From Alphaproteobacteria bacterium (GTDB lineage Bacteria > Pseudomonadota > Alphaproteobacteria > MPNO01 > UBA830): 64,000 nt of DNA. Where the stretch lies: assembly GCA_965243135.1 (NCBI GenBank), contig OZ251539.1, positions 2,496,001 through 2,560,000 on the forward strand, written 5' to 3'. Both the position numbers and the translations under genes were made by a program. Below are positions 31,351 through 42,071 of this stretch, piece after piece. Every line of letters begins with the position of its first letter. Within the stretch, counting starts at the first letter, position 1. The notes below the pieces were generated by a model. The model was not told the origin of the DNA, did no database searches, and was given only the letters and a program-made list of their open reading frames with translations.

Positions 31351-31809
31351 ATGACGAAATCAAGACTCTGCCGTTTGCCGATCGCGCTGGCCGCCGCCGT
31401 CGCGCTGACGACCGGATTCGCGGCCGCCCAGCAAGGCGACGGCGCGCCCGAAGGCGAAAGGCAGACGCCGCGCACGTTCACCATTCTCGATGCCGACGGC
31501 AACGACAAGGTGACCCTCGACGAAATCTTCGCGGAGCAGAAACGCCTGATTTCGGCCTCCGATCTGGACGGGGACGGCAAGCTCTCCGTGATGGAATTCC
31601 GTCGACGCGGCTGGTGGTTCCAAAGGCTTCGGACGACCACGCTCTTCGATCTCATGGACGCGAACGGCGACTTGTCGCTGACCGCCGACGAAATCGCCGC
31701 GCCGTCCGCCCGTTGGTTCAAGCGGTACGACGCCGACGCGGACGGCAACGTCACGGTCGAGGAGCTCCCGAAGCGGAAACGCGGAAAGCGGCGCAGAAAC
31801 TGGCGTTGA
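31351..31809 (+). CDS. Secreted EF-hand domain protein
   Basis: Signal peptide; four loops DADGNDKVTLDE, DLDGDGKLSVME, DANGDLSLTADE, DADADGNVTVEE. Confidence 0.85.
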   Translation: MTKSRLCRLPIALAAAVALTTGFAAAQQGDGAPEGERQTPRTFTILDADGNDKVTLDEIFAEQKRLISASDLDGDGKLSVMEFRRRGWWFQRLRTTTLFDLMDANGDLSLTADEIAAPSARWFKRYDADADGNVTVEELPKRKRGKRRRNWR

Positions 31810-31830
31810 CAGCTGGCGCGCGCGGGCGCA

Positions 31831-32388
31831 ATGCAGGCATCCGAAGAACGGACGCTCATCGACCGGGCGGCGGCCGGGGACGGCGCGGCATGGACCCGCC
31901 TCGTCGATCTGCACCTGTCGCCGCTGGTCGCGTTCGCCTGGTATCGCCTCGGCGACCATGGAGAAGCCGAGGACGTGGCGCAGGAAACCATGCTCCGTTT
32001 CTCCAAAAAGGCCAAAACCTGGGAGCCCGAAGGCGCGCGCCTCCGCACCTGGCTCTACCGGGTCGCGAACAATCTCTGCATCGACCGGCAACGCGCGCGA
32101 CGCCCCGAAATCCCGATCGACGAAACTTCCGAAGCCGCGCCGGTCGATCCGCAGCCCCGTCTTGACGGAAAGCTGGATGCATCCCGGATTGTCCAGAACG
32201 CGCTTTCCAGACTGCCGCGACGCCAACAGGCGATCCTGGTGTTGGTATATTGCCTAGGCCACAGGGTACGCGAGGCGGCGGAGATAATGCAGATCAGCGA
32301 ACATGCCGCCGAGTCCCTGCTTTCCAGGGCGCGTTGCGCGATGCGCGGCGCTCTCGAGCCGGAGGACATTGCAGGAGTCGCCGTATGA
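31831..32388 (+). CDS. ECF RNA polymerase sigma factor
   Basis: AEDVAQETML, TWLYRVANNLCID, LPRRQQ, region 4 HTH ESLLSRAR. Confidence 0.9.
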   Translation: MQASEERTLIDRAAAGDGAAWTRLVDLHLSPLVAFAWYRLGDHGEAEDVAQETMLRFSKKAKTWEPEGARLRTWLYRVANNLCIDRQRARRPEIPIDETSEAAPVDPQPRLDGKLDASRIVQNALSRLPRRQQAILVLVYCLGHRVREAAEIMQISEHAAESLLSRARCAMRGALEPEDIAGVAV

Positions 32389-32693
32389 CCAGCGCCGTCC
32401 ACGAACGCCGTCTGAACGAAGCGTTGGCGACTTTGCGGCCATCGCCTCCAACCGAATCGCTGCGCCGCCGCGTTCTGGAGATGGCGCCGGGACGGCGCGC
32501 GCTCGATCCTGTCCGGACAGCCCTCGCCGCCTCGCTGCTCGCCGCGCTCGCGACCGCCGCCTCGCTCGGCGTCACCGAAGAGGCTCCGGTCGCGTACCTG
32601 GAGGAAATAACCCCTGACACCCTGCCGCTGGTGGACGAACTGGCGGCAAGCGACGCAGAACCGGAGCAAGTCGCGGCTTTGCCGCTCGACTGA
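32385..32693 (+). CDS. Putative single-TM anti-sigma factor
   Basis: ATGA overlap with the sigma gene; one central hydrophobic segment. Confidence 0.55.
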   Translation: MTSAVHERRLNEALATLRPSPPTESLRRRVLEMAPGRRALDPVRTALAASLLAALATAASLGVTEEAPVAYLEEITPDTLPLVDELAASDAEPEQVAALPLD

Positions 32694-32699
32694 GGCCTC

Positions 32700-32738
32700 G
32701 GCAGGCCGGGCGACCGCAGGGCGCCAGTCCGGCCTGCC
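32700..32738 (+). terminator. Hairpin after the sigma/anti-sigma operon
   Basis: GGCAGGCCGG / CCGGCCTGCC 10-bp stem just after the stop codon; no clear U tract. Confidence 0.3.
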
Positions 32739-33242
32739 GCGAACGCCGTTCTTCTCGCCAAGGCGTCCGGTCGCCGCGTCCGCCGCCCGCATGGAAGAGG
32801 CCGAGCTCTTTTGAGGGCGCGTTCGGTCCGGGCGCGTCGACGGTCGAACCAGCCTCGGAAAAATCGCGCTCGCCGCGGTTCCGCGCGGCGAAACCGCCAG
32901 CCGATGCCCGCGCAAAACGCCCGCCTCGCCTTTGCCCGCAATGCACGCGACTGCGGCCGGCGTCCGCTTGAGGACGCATCGTCGATATCGCAATGCCGGA
33001 AGTCGGCGAGACCCTTCCGCCTCGTCCGCCTCGGAAACGCCGCGGCGCGCCCGCTTCGCGCGACCTCGGCGACCGCCCCGGCGCCGTCCGAGACGGAAAA
33101 GTCCACGCCCTCTTTCGCTGCGTCCCGCATAATGCCGGTCAAACCCCGCGGCGGCGCCCGCAACGACCTTGACATCCTTTCGCCTCCGGTAACGAGAATG
33201 TTATTGTAAAGCGGAGCGACGCTGGCCTATGCATAAGGAGAC

Positions 33243-33854
33243 ATGGAAATGACGAGACAGGCGGCCGCCCTCCTCGTGGCGGCCTCGGGCGTCGCCGCCG
33301 ACGCAGCCGCCGCGCAGTTGACGGCGACGTTCGCCGGCGGTTGCTTCTGGTGCGTCGAAGCGGACTTCGACAAGGTGCCGGGCGTGCTGGCGACCACCTC
33401 CGGATATACCGGAGGCAGAACGCCGAACCCGAACTACGGACAGGTTTCCGGCGGCGACACGGGACATCTGGAAGCGCTGCAAGTCACTTACGACCCGGCC
33501 AAGACGACCTACGCGCAACTGCTGACCGTATTCTGGCATTCCATCGATCCGACGGACCCGGGCGGGCAGTTCTGCGACCGCGGGGAACCGTACCAAACGG
33601 CGGTGTTCGTAGGCGACGACGCGCAGCGCCAACTTGCGGAGGAATCCAGGGCGGCGGCAATGCAATCGCTCGGGAAGGACATCGTCACTCCCATCAGGGC
33701 GGCGGCCGATTTCTATCCTGCGGAGGGCTATCATCAGGATTACTACAAGAAGAATCCGCTCCGCTACAAGCTCTACCGATGGAATTGCAGACGCGATCAG
33801 CGGATTCGCAAGCTTTGGGGCGACAAGGCGTTTACGGGCATCCCCGGGAAATAA
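33243..33854 (+). CDS. msrA: Peptide-methionine (S)-S-oxide reductase, probably exported
   Basis: FAGGCFWCVE, GYTGG, GHLEA, AEGYHQDYY; AAGGAG RBS; signal-like N-terminus. Confidence 0.95.
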   Translation: MEMTRQAAALLVAASGVAADAAAAQLTATFAGGCFWCVEADFDKVPGVLATTSGYTGGRTPNPNYGQVSGGDTGHLEALQVTYDPAKTTYAQLLTVFWHSIDPTDPGGQFCDRGEPYQTAVFVGDDAQRQLAEESRAAAMQSLGKDIVTPIRAAADFYPAEGYHQDYYKKNPLRYKLYRWNCRRDQRIRKLWGDKAFTGIPGK

Positions 33855-34142
33855 CGGCGGCGCAGGCCGCCGTCCCGCGCCGAGGAAGAACGAAGACCGT
33901 CCGCCCGAGCGCAGCGGGAAGGATGCTCCGCAGCCGGACTCGCAAACGGCGGCGAAGCCGATCGAAAATTCGCAACGCCGGGGAAAAACGCGGCGGCAAC
34001 CCGCGCCATCGCCGGTTCGACGGAAACCGCGGGTTGGAAAACCTTGCCGAACAACCCGAAATTCTTGTCCGCGCGCCGTCGCTCCGACAGGAAAACCGGC
34101 GCGCCGTTCCTTCGCCGAACCGCCGGCAGTTCCGCTTCCAAC

Positions 34143-34988
34143 CTAAAAATCGAGCGCCTGACCGCGGACCGTGTATCTGCGGAGGAGGCGGGTTTGGTCG
34201 CGCGGGAAGTCGGTTCGCGCATGCATCGTGCACCAGTTGTCCCACATGACCAGGTCGCCGGGCCGCCAGGCGTGCTCGTAGACGACGTCAGCCGACCTCA
34301 CGTGGTCGATCGCCGCATCGAGCAATTCGCGGCTCTCGTCCTTCCCGAAGCCCTCGACCAAGGCCGTCATCAATTCGTTCACGTAAAGCGCGCGACGGCC
34401 GCTTCGGGGATGCCTCACCACCGCGGGCTGCCAGCAGTGATCGTAACGATCGACGTCCTCTCCCGGATCGACCCGTTCGACGGGAAGGTATTTGTAGATT
34501 TGAAGAACCCTTCTTCCGTCGAGCCGCGCCTTCAGGTCGCCAGCCAGAGTTTCCCAAGCCTCGTACATGTTGGCGAAGAGCGTATGGCCGCCCTCGCGAG
34601 TCACCTCGATCGCGTAGAGCATGGTGCCCCAGTCGGGTTCGGGCGCGTAGCACTTGTCGTGGTGAAAGAACATCTCTCCGTCCGGCAACGAACCGATCGG
34701 CGCCCCGTCCTTGCGGAGGTTGGTGATCAGCATGACGTTTTCCGCCGCCGGACCTTCGGGGCGTTCCTCCGCCCTGCGCAACCGCCCGCCGAGCGGTCCG
34801 AAAGCCTCGCAAAACCGTCGCTGCGCCTCGGCCGTCAGATCCTGGCCGCGAAAAAGCAGGATCAGGTGTTCCGTCCACGCATCGATCAAGGCATCCCGGG
34901 TCTCCGGATCCAGCGGCCTCGACAGATCGAGTCCGCGCACCTCGGCGCCGAGCGAGCGATGAAGCGGATGAAGCGTGAATTCTCGCAT
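34143..34988 (-). CDS. TauD/TfdA family dioxygenase
   Basis: GAEVRGLDL, FHHD, GGHTLFANM, WRPGDLVMWDN..HAR. Confidence 0.9.
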   Translation of the reverse strand: MREFTLHPLHRSLGAEVRGLDLSRPLDPETRDALIDAWTEHLILLFRGQDLTAEAQRRFCEAFGPLGGRLRRAEERPEGPAAENVMLITNLRKDGAPIGSLPDGEMFFHHDKCYAPEPDWGTMLYAIEVTREGGHTLFANMYEAWETLAGDLKARLDGRRVLQIYKYLPVERVDPGEDVDRYDHCWQPAVVRHPRSGRRALYVNELMTALVEGFGKDESRELLDAAIDHVRSADVVYEHAWRPGDLVMWDNWCTMHARTDFPRDQTRLLRRYTVRGQALDF

Positions 34989-35677
34989 TCGGAAACGCTA
35001 TTCCCCGAAATCCGCAGGGTCAACCGCGGCGAGGCGTCCGCAAAATTCGTCCGAAGCCCGCGGCGCGAGCGGGCGCGACCCGAGGCCGGGCAGGCTCTCG
35101 AACACAATCCGCCGCGGCTGCCGGGGGGTTCGTAAACCGGGCAGAGGGCGTGGACGGGTGGCAGGTCGCTGCAATCGATCACGGCGATCTCCGGTGACGG
35201 GCCCGCCCGGCGTCATGGACGAAAGGACTGTCCTCGTCAGGTCGCTTCGGCCGGCGGGACGGCAGGGTAGCGGCCGGTTCGAGGACATCGGCGTCGGAAA
35301 CAAACACGTGCGCTTTCCAAGAGACGAGATCGGCGGCGCTGCGCTTGAGCGTAGGGAGGCCGTCAGCCCTTCGACCTCGATGCGGTCGGCAAGTCCGGTC
35401 GTGTTGCGGGCGCCAGTTCCAGCCGTTGGCGAGAGGGAACGATGCGGAACGGACAAGAGCCGCGTCGCCGAGGTCAGCCGGGGTTATCTTCGGGCCGCCC
35501 CCGCAGACTGCGCGGAAGGCGATGGCCCGCGTTTCGACCCCAGCTTGAAACTCGGGTTACGCCGGAATACAGTCCGTCGCCGCGAAGCGCTCTCCTGCGC
35601 GCCGCGGAACGGATCGACGATGCGAAACGGGAACCCCGCGCGATTCCACGCGGCGAAGCACGCCGGTTAGCCGACTC

Positions 35678-36511
35678 ATGTCCGACGGCATCGCCCTCTT
35701 CGATCGGCGCGTCGTTCGCCGCCACCGCGACCGCTCGGCCGGCCTCGGCGGCAAGCACGACTTCCTTCACCGGGAAGTCGCCGCCCGTCTCGACGACCGC
35801 CTGCAGGACGTCGCGCGCCCGTTCCCCGCCAGACTGAACATGGGAAGCGGCCATGCGGGTCCGGCTGGAGGGATCGCGACGGATCTGTCGGAGCGTCTGC
35901 TTCGACGCCGCGGATCGCTGCCGGCGGTGGTCGCCGACGACGAATGCCTTCCGTTCGCCGAAAACGCGTTCGACTTGATCACGTCCTGCCTGACGCTGCA
36001 CTGGGCGAACGACCTGCCCGGCGCCCTCATCCAGATCCGCCGGGCTCTAAGGCCGGACGGCCTGTTTCTCGGGGCGCTGCTCGGAGGCGACACGCTCGTC
36101 GAATTGCGCCGCGCCCTTCTCGAAGCCGAAGCCGACGTCACGGGCGGCGGCGCGGCCCGATGCGCGCCGGTCGTCGACATTTCGCAGGCGGGGAATCTGT
36201 TGCAGCGGGCGGGGTTCGCGCTGCCGGTGGCCGACGCCGATACGATCATTGCCGATTACCCGGACATGTTCGGCCTGTTGCGCGACCTTCGGGGCATGGG
36301 CGAAACCAGCGCTCTCGCGAAAAGGCGGCCTCTCCGCCGCGCGGCGCTCTTCGCGGCGGCGGCGCGATACCGGGAGCTCCATGGCGGCCCCGACGGACGC
36401 CTTCCCGCGACGTTTCAGGTGATCTGGCTCTCCGGTTGGGGGCCGCACGAATCCCAGCAGCGAGCGCTGCCTCCGGGCAGCGCAACCGCAAGGCTTGCGG
36501 ATGCGCTTTGA
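35678..36511 (+). CDS. SAM-dependent methyltransferase (BioC/NDUFAF5-like)
   Basis: LHWANDLPG, LRPDGLF, LQRAGFALPVAD, DLRGMGE, PHESQQ. Confidence 0.88.
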   Translation: MSDGIALFDRRVVRRHRDRSAGLGGKHDFLHREVAARLDDRLQDVARPFPARLNMGSGHAGPAGGIATDLSERLLRRRGSLPAVVADDECLPFAENAFDLITSCLTLHWANDLPGALIQIRRALRPDGLFLGALLGGDTLVELRRALLEAEADVTGGGAARCAPVVDISQAGNLLQRAGFALPVADADTIIADYPDMFGLLRDLRGMGETSALAKRRPLRRAALFAAAARYRELHGGPDGRLPATFQVIWLSGWGPHESQQRALPPGSATARLADAL

Positions 36512-36759
36512 CGGCAAAGGCTTACGCCGCCGCGACGCGCCTTTCCGGCGCCAGCAAGGAATAGACTCCGGCGAGCGCGAATCCCGTAGGCGGCGGATCT
36601 CCCGATAAGGTTGAAACCGCAAGTCGGGCATAGGGAATGAAATGCACGTCGTTCGCCGTCGTGAAGCCGCACGGCGCGCAGCGGCAGAAATGTCCGTTCC
36701 CGAAACAAGGGCTTCGGACGGCAGGGAACCGCCGCCGGCCGCCGCGACGGAGGCAGGCG

Positions 36760-36900
36760 TCGGCGCGTTTTCTGTCGGCGGTCTGAAACGAAGGACGATC
36801 AGCAGGGAGAGCGCCGCCATCGCAGCGCCGATGATCAGATAAGAAGTCCGCCAGCCAAGCGACGCGATCATGAGGCCCGGAAGCGACAGGAATCGTCGGC
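36760..36900 (-). pseudogene. MFS transporter fragment
   Basis: LMIASLGWRTSYLIIGAAMAALSLLIVL segment with no intact ORF. Confidence 0.45.
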
Positions 36901-37299
36901 GTAGGTCGCCGCGCTGCAACGCGGCAACGACGAAGGACACGGCGCGGCGAAGCCGTCGGGGAGGAACGTCCATCCCGTTGAACGGAGGAATTCCAGACTT
37001 GCACTCGGGCCGGTGGGCGCCTTTCGTTATTGCGGCGCAGGATGCCCGCTTCGGCGGCAGGATGTTTTTTCCGTCCGGGCGTTCCCAAGCAGTACCCGCG
37101 CCCCCGCCGCCCGACACCTTGACTCGCGGACCAAGCCGCCTGAATATTGCCCCCACGATTGCCGATCCTTGGGTTACGGTTCCGACTTGATGGGGGATGA
37201 AAAATCGGCGCGATTTGTGGGAACAGGCAGGCTTCGGCCCCTCCCTGTTGTCGTACGCTCCCGCTGCTTGATGGCCGAGAATGTCCGACGCGAGGAAAA

Positions 37300-37673
37300 G
37301 CGAAACGAATGGACAAGAACGCCAGCGCTCGTTTGACGTCCGATGGGTCGCTTCGTTTCTTCGCGCTGGTGACGCCGCTGAACCTCCCGCCCGAAACGTT
37401 CCCTGACGTATTGCCGCTAGACGAACCGGAACCAGGGTTGCCTCCAGTCGGCGGCATGATGAAGGCGCCGTCCGCCAGGCGGCAGGCGATCGTAGCGACG
37501 CAATCCCCATTACTCGTCGATGCGTTCGGTCTCGACGAGATCCTCGCGCCGGAATTACGTGATAAGGGCCGAACGACCGTTCGCCGATTCGAAGATGAAA
37601 ATTATCGGGACTGGTTGAAAATTATTCGACGAGTGAGCTTTGGCAAAAGAACCTGCTTGGAGACCGTCCGTGA
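37300..37673 (+). pseudogene. AAA_21-type ATPase C-terminal remnant
   Basis: SDGSLRFFAL, LDEPEPGLPP (degenerate DEPExGLHP), IVATQSPLLVD, then ELWQKNLLG in another frame. Confidence 0.7.
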
Positions 37674-38025
37674 TCCGCCTCGCAATATCCGTGGTGGGCC
37701 GGACCGAAGAAGAATTCGTCAAGCGCGGCGATCATGCGCTCGCATCGCGCCGTTCGACGGCGAAGGGGGCCGTTCTCTCCTGCGCCGAGGCACTCGCCCG
37801 AAAAAAATCGCCTCGCGGCATCCGGGTCGACGCCGTCGCTCCGGACCCTGTCGACGCGTCCCTCCTGCGGGGGGACGCGCGCGAATTCGAGAAAATGGTT
37901 TTCGAACGCGGGAAGGCCAGGACCGGCTGGCCGCGCCAGCGGCGGCCGGCATCCCTTTTCTGCCGTCGCCGGACGCGAACTGCCTGACCGGGCGCGTCGT
38001 GACCGGCGGCGAGGCGATGAACTGA
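37670..38025 (+). pseudogene. DUF4276-like N-terminus fused to an SDR C-terminal remnant
   Basis: VIRLAISVVGRTEEEFVK, then TAKGAVLS..GIRVDAVAP and FLPSPDANCLTG. Confidence 0.55.
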
Positions 38026-38028
38026 CCC

Positions 38029-40086
38029 ATGGACCCCGCGACGACATGGATCTGCCCGATGCACCCGGAGGTAATCCGGGAAACGGAAAGCGACTGTCCG
38101 ATCTGCGGCATGGCTCTGGAGCCTGCGGGCGCCGCGCCGCAGACCGGCCCGAGCGCCGAGCGGATCGACATGACGCGGCGGTTCTGGATATCCGCCCTGT
38201 TTTTCGCGCCGCTTTTCGCGGTCGCCGCCGGTTTCTCCGATTCTCCGGCCTGGTTGCAATTCGGGCTTGCGGCCCCCGTCGTGCTGTGGGGAGGCCGTCC
38301 GTTCTTCGCGCGCGGCTGGACGTCCGTCGTCAATCGCCAACTCAACATGTTCACGTTGATCGCGCTCGGCACGGGCGCCGCCTTTCTCTACAGCGCGGTC
38401 GCCACTGCGGCGCCCGGAATTTTTTCTTCGCCGCCGCCTCTCTATTTCGAGGCCGCGGGCGCGATCGTAACTCTGACGCTGCTCGGACAGGTTCTGGAGC
38501 TGCGGGCGCGCGAAAGCGCGGGCGACGCGCTCAGGGCGCTGCTCGACCTCGCTCCGGCGACCGCGCGCGTCGTCCGCGAGGATTCCTCCGAGGAAGACAT
38601 GCCCGTCTGCCACGTCTCGGCGGGCGATCGCCTGCGCGTCCGGCCGGGCGAAAAAGTGCCGGTCGACGGTGCCGTGATCGAAGGCGGCGGCTCGGTCGAC
38701 GAATCCATGATCACCGGCGAATCCATGCCGGTTCGCAAGGCCCCCGGGGACGCGGTCATCGGGGCGACGCTTAACGTCGGCGGGAGCTTCGTCATGCGAG
38801 CCGATCGGGTCGGCTCCGACACGACCCTGTCGCGCATCGTGGACATGGTGGCCGAAGCGCAACGCTCCCGCGCGCCGATACAGCGCCTCGCGGACGCGGT
38901 CTCCGCCTGGTTCGTGCCCGCCGTCGTCGCCATCGCGGCGATCGCCTTCGCCGCCTGGCTTGCGGCGGAAGATTTTCCCTTCGCTCTCGTCGCGGCAGTT
39001 TCCGTACTGATCATTTCATGCCCCTGCGCACTCGGCCTCGCGACTCCCATGTCGGTGATGGTCGGAGTCGGCCGCGGCGCGCGCGCCGGCGTTCTGGTCC
39101 GCGAAGCCGGAGCGCTGCAGCAAATGGAGAAGGTCGACACCGTCGTCGTCGACAAGACGGGAACCCTGACCGAAGGACGCCCGGCCGTGACCGCGGTCGC
39201 CGCCGTCGAGGGCTTCGCCGAAGCCGATGTCCTTCGGCTGGCCGCGGCCCTGGAACGGCGCAGCGAACATCCGATCGGGGCGGCGATTCTCAGGGCGGCG
39301 CAGGACGGAAACCTCGATATCGGCGACGTCGACGATTTCGCTTCGGCCGTCGGCGAAGGCGTGTCGGGACGCGAGGGAGCGCGGCGAATCGCCCTCGGCA
39401 GGGAATCCTTCGCTCTTGCCGGCCCCCTGCCCCCGAACTTGGAAGAAAGGGCGGCGCGGCTCCGTGCGGACGGCGCCACCGTCGCCTTCCTCGGCGTCGA
39501 CGGCGCGGCGGCCGGGCTGGTCGCCGTCTCCGACCCGGTGAGAGACGCCGCGCAGGCCGCCCTCGCGGCGCTGCGGCGGGACGGCGTCGCGATCGTCATG
39601 GCGACCGGCGACGACGCCCGCACGGCGCAAGCGGTGGCGCGGCAGGTCGGTCTCGACCGCGTCGTGGCGGATGCCCGCCCGGAAGACAAGAAGCGCCTCG
39701 TCGACGATCTCCGCGGTCGAAACCGTTGCGTCGCCATGGCGGGCGACGGCATCAACGACGCGCCTGCCCTGGCGGCGGCGGACGTCGGAATCGCGATGGG
39801 ATCCGGTTCGGACATAGCGATCGAAAACGCCGGAATCACGCTCGTCAAAGGCGACCTCGCCGGCATCGCGAGGGCGCGGGCGCTCAGCCGGGCCGTAATG
39901 CGCAATATTCGCCAGAACCTGTTCTTCGCCTTCGTCTACAACGCCGTCGGCGTGCCCGTAGCGGCCGGCGTCCTTTACCCGTTCACGGGCGCCCTGCTAA
40001 GCCCCGTCATCGCCGCGGCGGCCATGAGCTTGAGCTCGGTCTCCGTGATCTCGAACGCGCTCCGCCTGCGGTTCCGCAAGCTCTGA
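38029..40086 (+). CDS. copA: Copper-translocating P1B-type ATPase
   Basis: CPMHP and CPICGM metal-binding domain, TGES, CPC, DKTGT, SEHP, GDGIND, YN and MSLSS Cu(I) motifs. Confidence 0.92.
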   Translation: MDPATTWICPMHPEVIRETESDCPICGMALEPAGAAPQTGPSAERIDMTRRFWISALFFAPLFAVAAGFSDSPAWLQFGLAAPVVLWGGRPFFARGWTSVVNRQLNMFTLIALGTGAAFLYSAVATAAPGIFSSPPPLYFEAAGAIVTLTLLGQVLELRARESAGDALRALLDLAPATARVVREDSSEEDMPVCHVSAGDRLRVRPGEKVPVDGAVIEGGGSVDESMITGESMPVRKAPGDAVIGATLNVGGSFVMRADRVGSDTTLSRIVDMVAEAQRSRAPIQRLADAVSAWFVPAVVAIAAIAFAAWLAAEDFPFALVAAVSVLIISCPCALGLATPMSVMVGVGRGARAGVLVREAGALQQMEKVDTVVVDKTGTLTEGRPAVTAVAAVEGFAEADVLRLAAALERRSEHPIGAAILRAAQDGNLDIGDVDDFASAVGEGVSGREGARRIALGRESFALAGPLPPNLEERAARLRADGATVAFLGVDGAAAGLVAVSDPVRDAAQAALAALRRDGVAIVMATGDDARTAQAVARQVGLDRVVADARPEDKKRLVDDLRGRNRCVAMAGDGINDAPALAAADVGIAMGSGSDIAIENAGITLVKGDLAGIARARALSRAVMRNIRQNLFFAFVYNAVGVPVAAGVLYPFTGALLSPVIAAAAMSLSSVSVISNALRLRFRKL

Positions 40087-40095
40087 CCGCCGGCC

Positions 40096-40863
40096 TCAGT
40101 GGACGGTCTGACCGCCGTCGACCACCATCGAAACGCCGTGAACGTAAGATGCGGCGTCGGAAGCGAGAAATGCGATCGCATTGGCGATCTCGTCGCATTC
40201 GGCGAGACGGCCCAGCAGCGCCAGCTCCTCGACGGCCCGGCCGTCGACCATGCCGGATTCGATGTAATTCCTGACCCGCGGCGAAAGCGTCGCGCCGGGG
40301 CAGATGCCGTTCACCCGGATGTTCTCCTTGCCGTAGTCGACGGCCAGCTGCCGGGTCAGCGACAGCACGCCTCCCTTGGCCGCGCAATAGACCGGCATTT
40401 CCGGGTGGCCGATGATGCCGAAGGTGGATGCGACGTTGACGATCGACGCGCCGTTCGGCGCCTTGCGCAACAACGGCAAAAATGCCCTGCACATGAAATA
40501 AACGCTGGAAAGATCGATGCCGATGACGCGCTGCCAGTCGTCCTCTTCCAAATCTTCGAGTTTCTTGACGAAGTTGGTGCCGGCGTTGTTGACGACCGAC
40601 TTCACGTGACCGTGCCTCGAAGCGATGTCGGCGGCGAGCGCTTCGACCTGACGCCGGTCCGAGACGTCGGCGACGTGCCCCTCGCACGACGCCCCGGCGC
40701 GCCGCAGGATATCTTCGGTCTCGCGAACGTTGTCGCCGGTCTTGCTGACGACGACGACATGAGCGCCCAGTTCGCCCAGCGTCTCGCAGCAGGCGCGGCC
40801 GATGCCCTGCCCGCCTCCGGTGACCACGACCGGCGCGCCGTGAAACTTGAGCCGTTCGAGCAT
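40096..40863 (-). CDS. SDR family oxidoreductase
   Basis: TGGGQGIG, NNAG, YCAAKGG, IRVNGICPG, VDGG; ATG at 40863. Confidence 0.92.
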   Translation of the reverse strand: MLERLKFHGAPVVVTGGGQGIGRACCETLGELGAHVVVVSKTGDNVRETEDILRRAGASCEGHVADVSDRRQVEALAADIASRHGHVKSVVNNAGTNFVKKLEDLEEDDWQRVIGIDLSSVYFMCRAFLPLLRKAPNGASIVNVASTFGIIGHPEMPVYCAAKGGVLSLTRQLAVDYGKENIRVNGICPGATLSPRVRNYIESGMVDGRAVEELALLGRLAECDEIANAIAFLASDAASYVHGVSMVVDGGQTVH

Positions 40864-40888
40864 CGTCCCTCCCCCTGCCCGGCAAACG

Positions 40889-42034
40889 TCAGGCGGCTTT
40901 CGCCTTTCTCTTCTTCGGAACCTTGATGCCGTAGAACCGCGCCGGATTGTCATGAAGGATTTTCCGTTGCTGACGCGGCGTGATGTCGGCTCGCGTCCCG
41001 AGATCTTCTCCCGAACCCTCCCGGGCCTCGAGATGCGGCATGTCTTCCGACACCATGAGGTTGTTTTCGCCGAGATATTCGATCGCCTGCGGCAGCAGGC
41101 GTTCGCCGGCTTCGCAGGTAGCGTAGATCCGGTCCTTGTAGGATTCGGGGCTTCCCGACGTGATCGGTTCAAGTCCGAACGACGAACGAAAGAATTCGCA
41201 GACCGGATAGTAGTGATCCATGCGCTCCAGATACCATGGGATCCAGCCCGCTCCGCCTTCGAGAAAGATCACACGAAGCTCGGGATGGCGGTCGAGAATG
41301 CCCCCGCCGGCGAAGGAATAGAAGCCGATGAGCAGCGGCAAGGTGAAAGAAACGTTGAGCGAGGACGAGTGTTCGTCGCACAGCTGCCGCAACGGGCCCG
41401 GCCATCCCACGTGCACTGCGACGGGAAGGCCGCATTCGGCCGCCTGATCCCAAACCCGGTCGAACCTGCGGTCGTGCAGCATGGTATCGCCGACGGTGCC
41501 GTAACACATCAAGCCGACGGCGCCCGCGTCCTTCGCGCGGCGTATCTCCCTGACCGCCGCGCCGGGTTCGCGCAGAGGCAGCGACGCCACCCATCTCAGA
41601 CGACCGGGCGCCTCGCCGCAACGTTCGGCGATCCATTTGTTGTAGCTGACCTCAAGCGCCGCCTGGAATTCATCGTCGTCGGTCAAGGGCGCGAACAGAA
41701 GGGTCGGATAGATCACCTGGACGTCGACGCCGGCGCGGTCGAGGTCGGCGATCCGCGCGGGCACGTCCATCAGCGACTGATTGCCGACGGAGAACTCCTT
41801 CATCCCGGCATGCACGGAGGTCAAAGGGCAGCCGATCTGGACCGTCCCCGGCCCCCAGGTCCACTGCACCGCCTTGCCGTCCACCAGCCAGAACGAATTG
41901 TCCACTCCCATATACGGCGCCTCGGCGGGCGGAACGGTGACGGCCAGGGGCCGCCGGTGCCGGAACTTCCTGGGCAGATAGTCCCATGTCTCCTCCACTT
42001 CGTAGACATGGGAATCGGCGTCGATATAGGTCAT
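40889..42034 (-). CDS. Amidohydrolase_2 family protein (decarboxylase/hydratase-like)
   Basis: IDADSH, QVIYPT, AVHVG, FLEGGAGW, SEDMPH, HDNPARFY. Confidence 0.85.
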   Translation of the reverse strand: MTYIDADSHVYEVEETWDYLPRKFRHRRPLAVTVPPAEAPYMGVDNSFWLVDGKAVQWTWGPGTVQIGCPLTSVHAGMKEFSVGNQSLMDVPARIADLDRAGVDVQVIYPTLLFAPLTDDDEFQAALEVSYNKWIAERCGEAPGRLRWVASLPLREPGAAVREIRRAKDAGAVGLMCYGTVGDTMLHDRRFDRVWDQAAECGLPVAVHVGWPGPLRQLCDEHSSSLNVSFTLPLLIGFYSFAGGGILDRHPELRVIFLEGGAGWIPWYLERMDHYYPVCEFFRSSFGLEPITSGSPESYKDRIYATCEAGERLLPQAIEYLGENNLMVSEDMPHLEAREGSGEDLGTRADITPRQQRKILHDNPARFYGIKVPKKRKAKAA

Positions 42035-42071
42035 GGCGAAACTCTCCAGCAGGTGGTTCCCCCGCGGAACG

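Noticed and set aside
33169-33199. TTGACA promoter upstream of msrA
   Set aside because: The best -10 (GAGAAT) is 19 bp away, so support is insufficient.
35100-35560. Possible Asp/Glu racemase-like relic on the minus strand (VIDCSDLPP)
   Set aside because: Only one short motif-like match; too weak to call.
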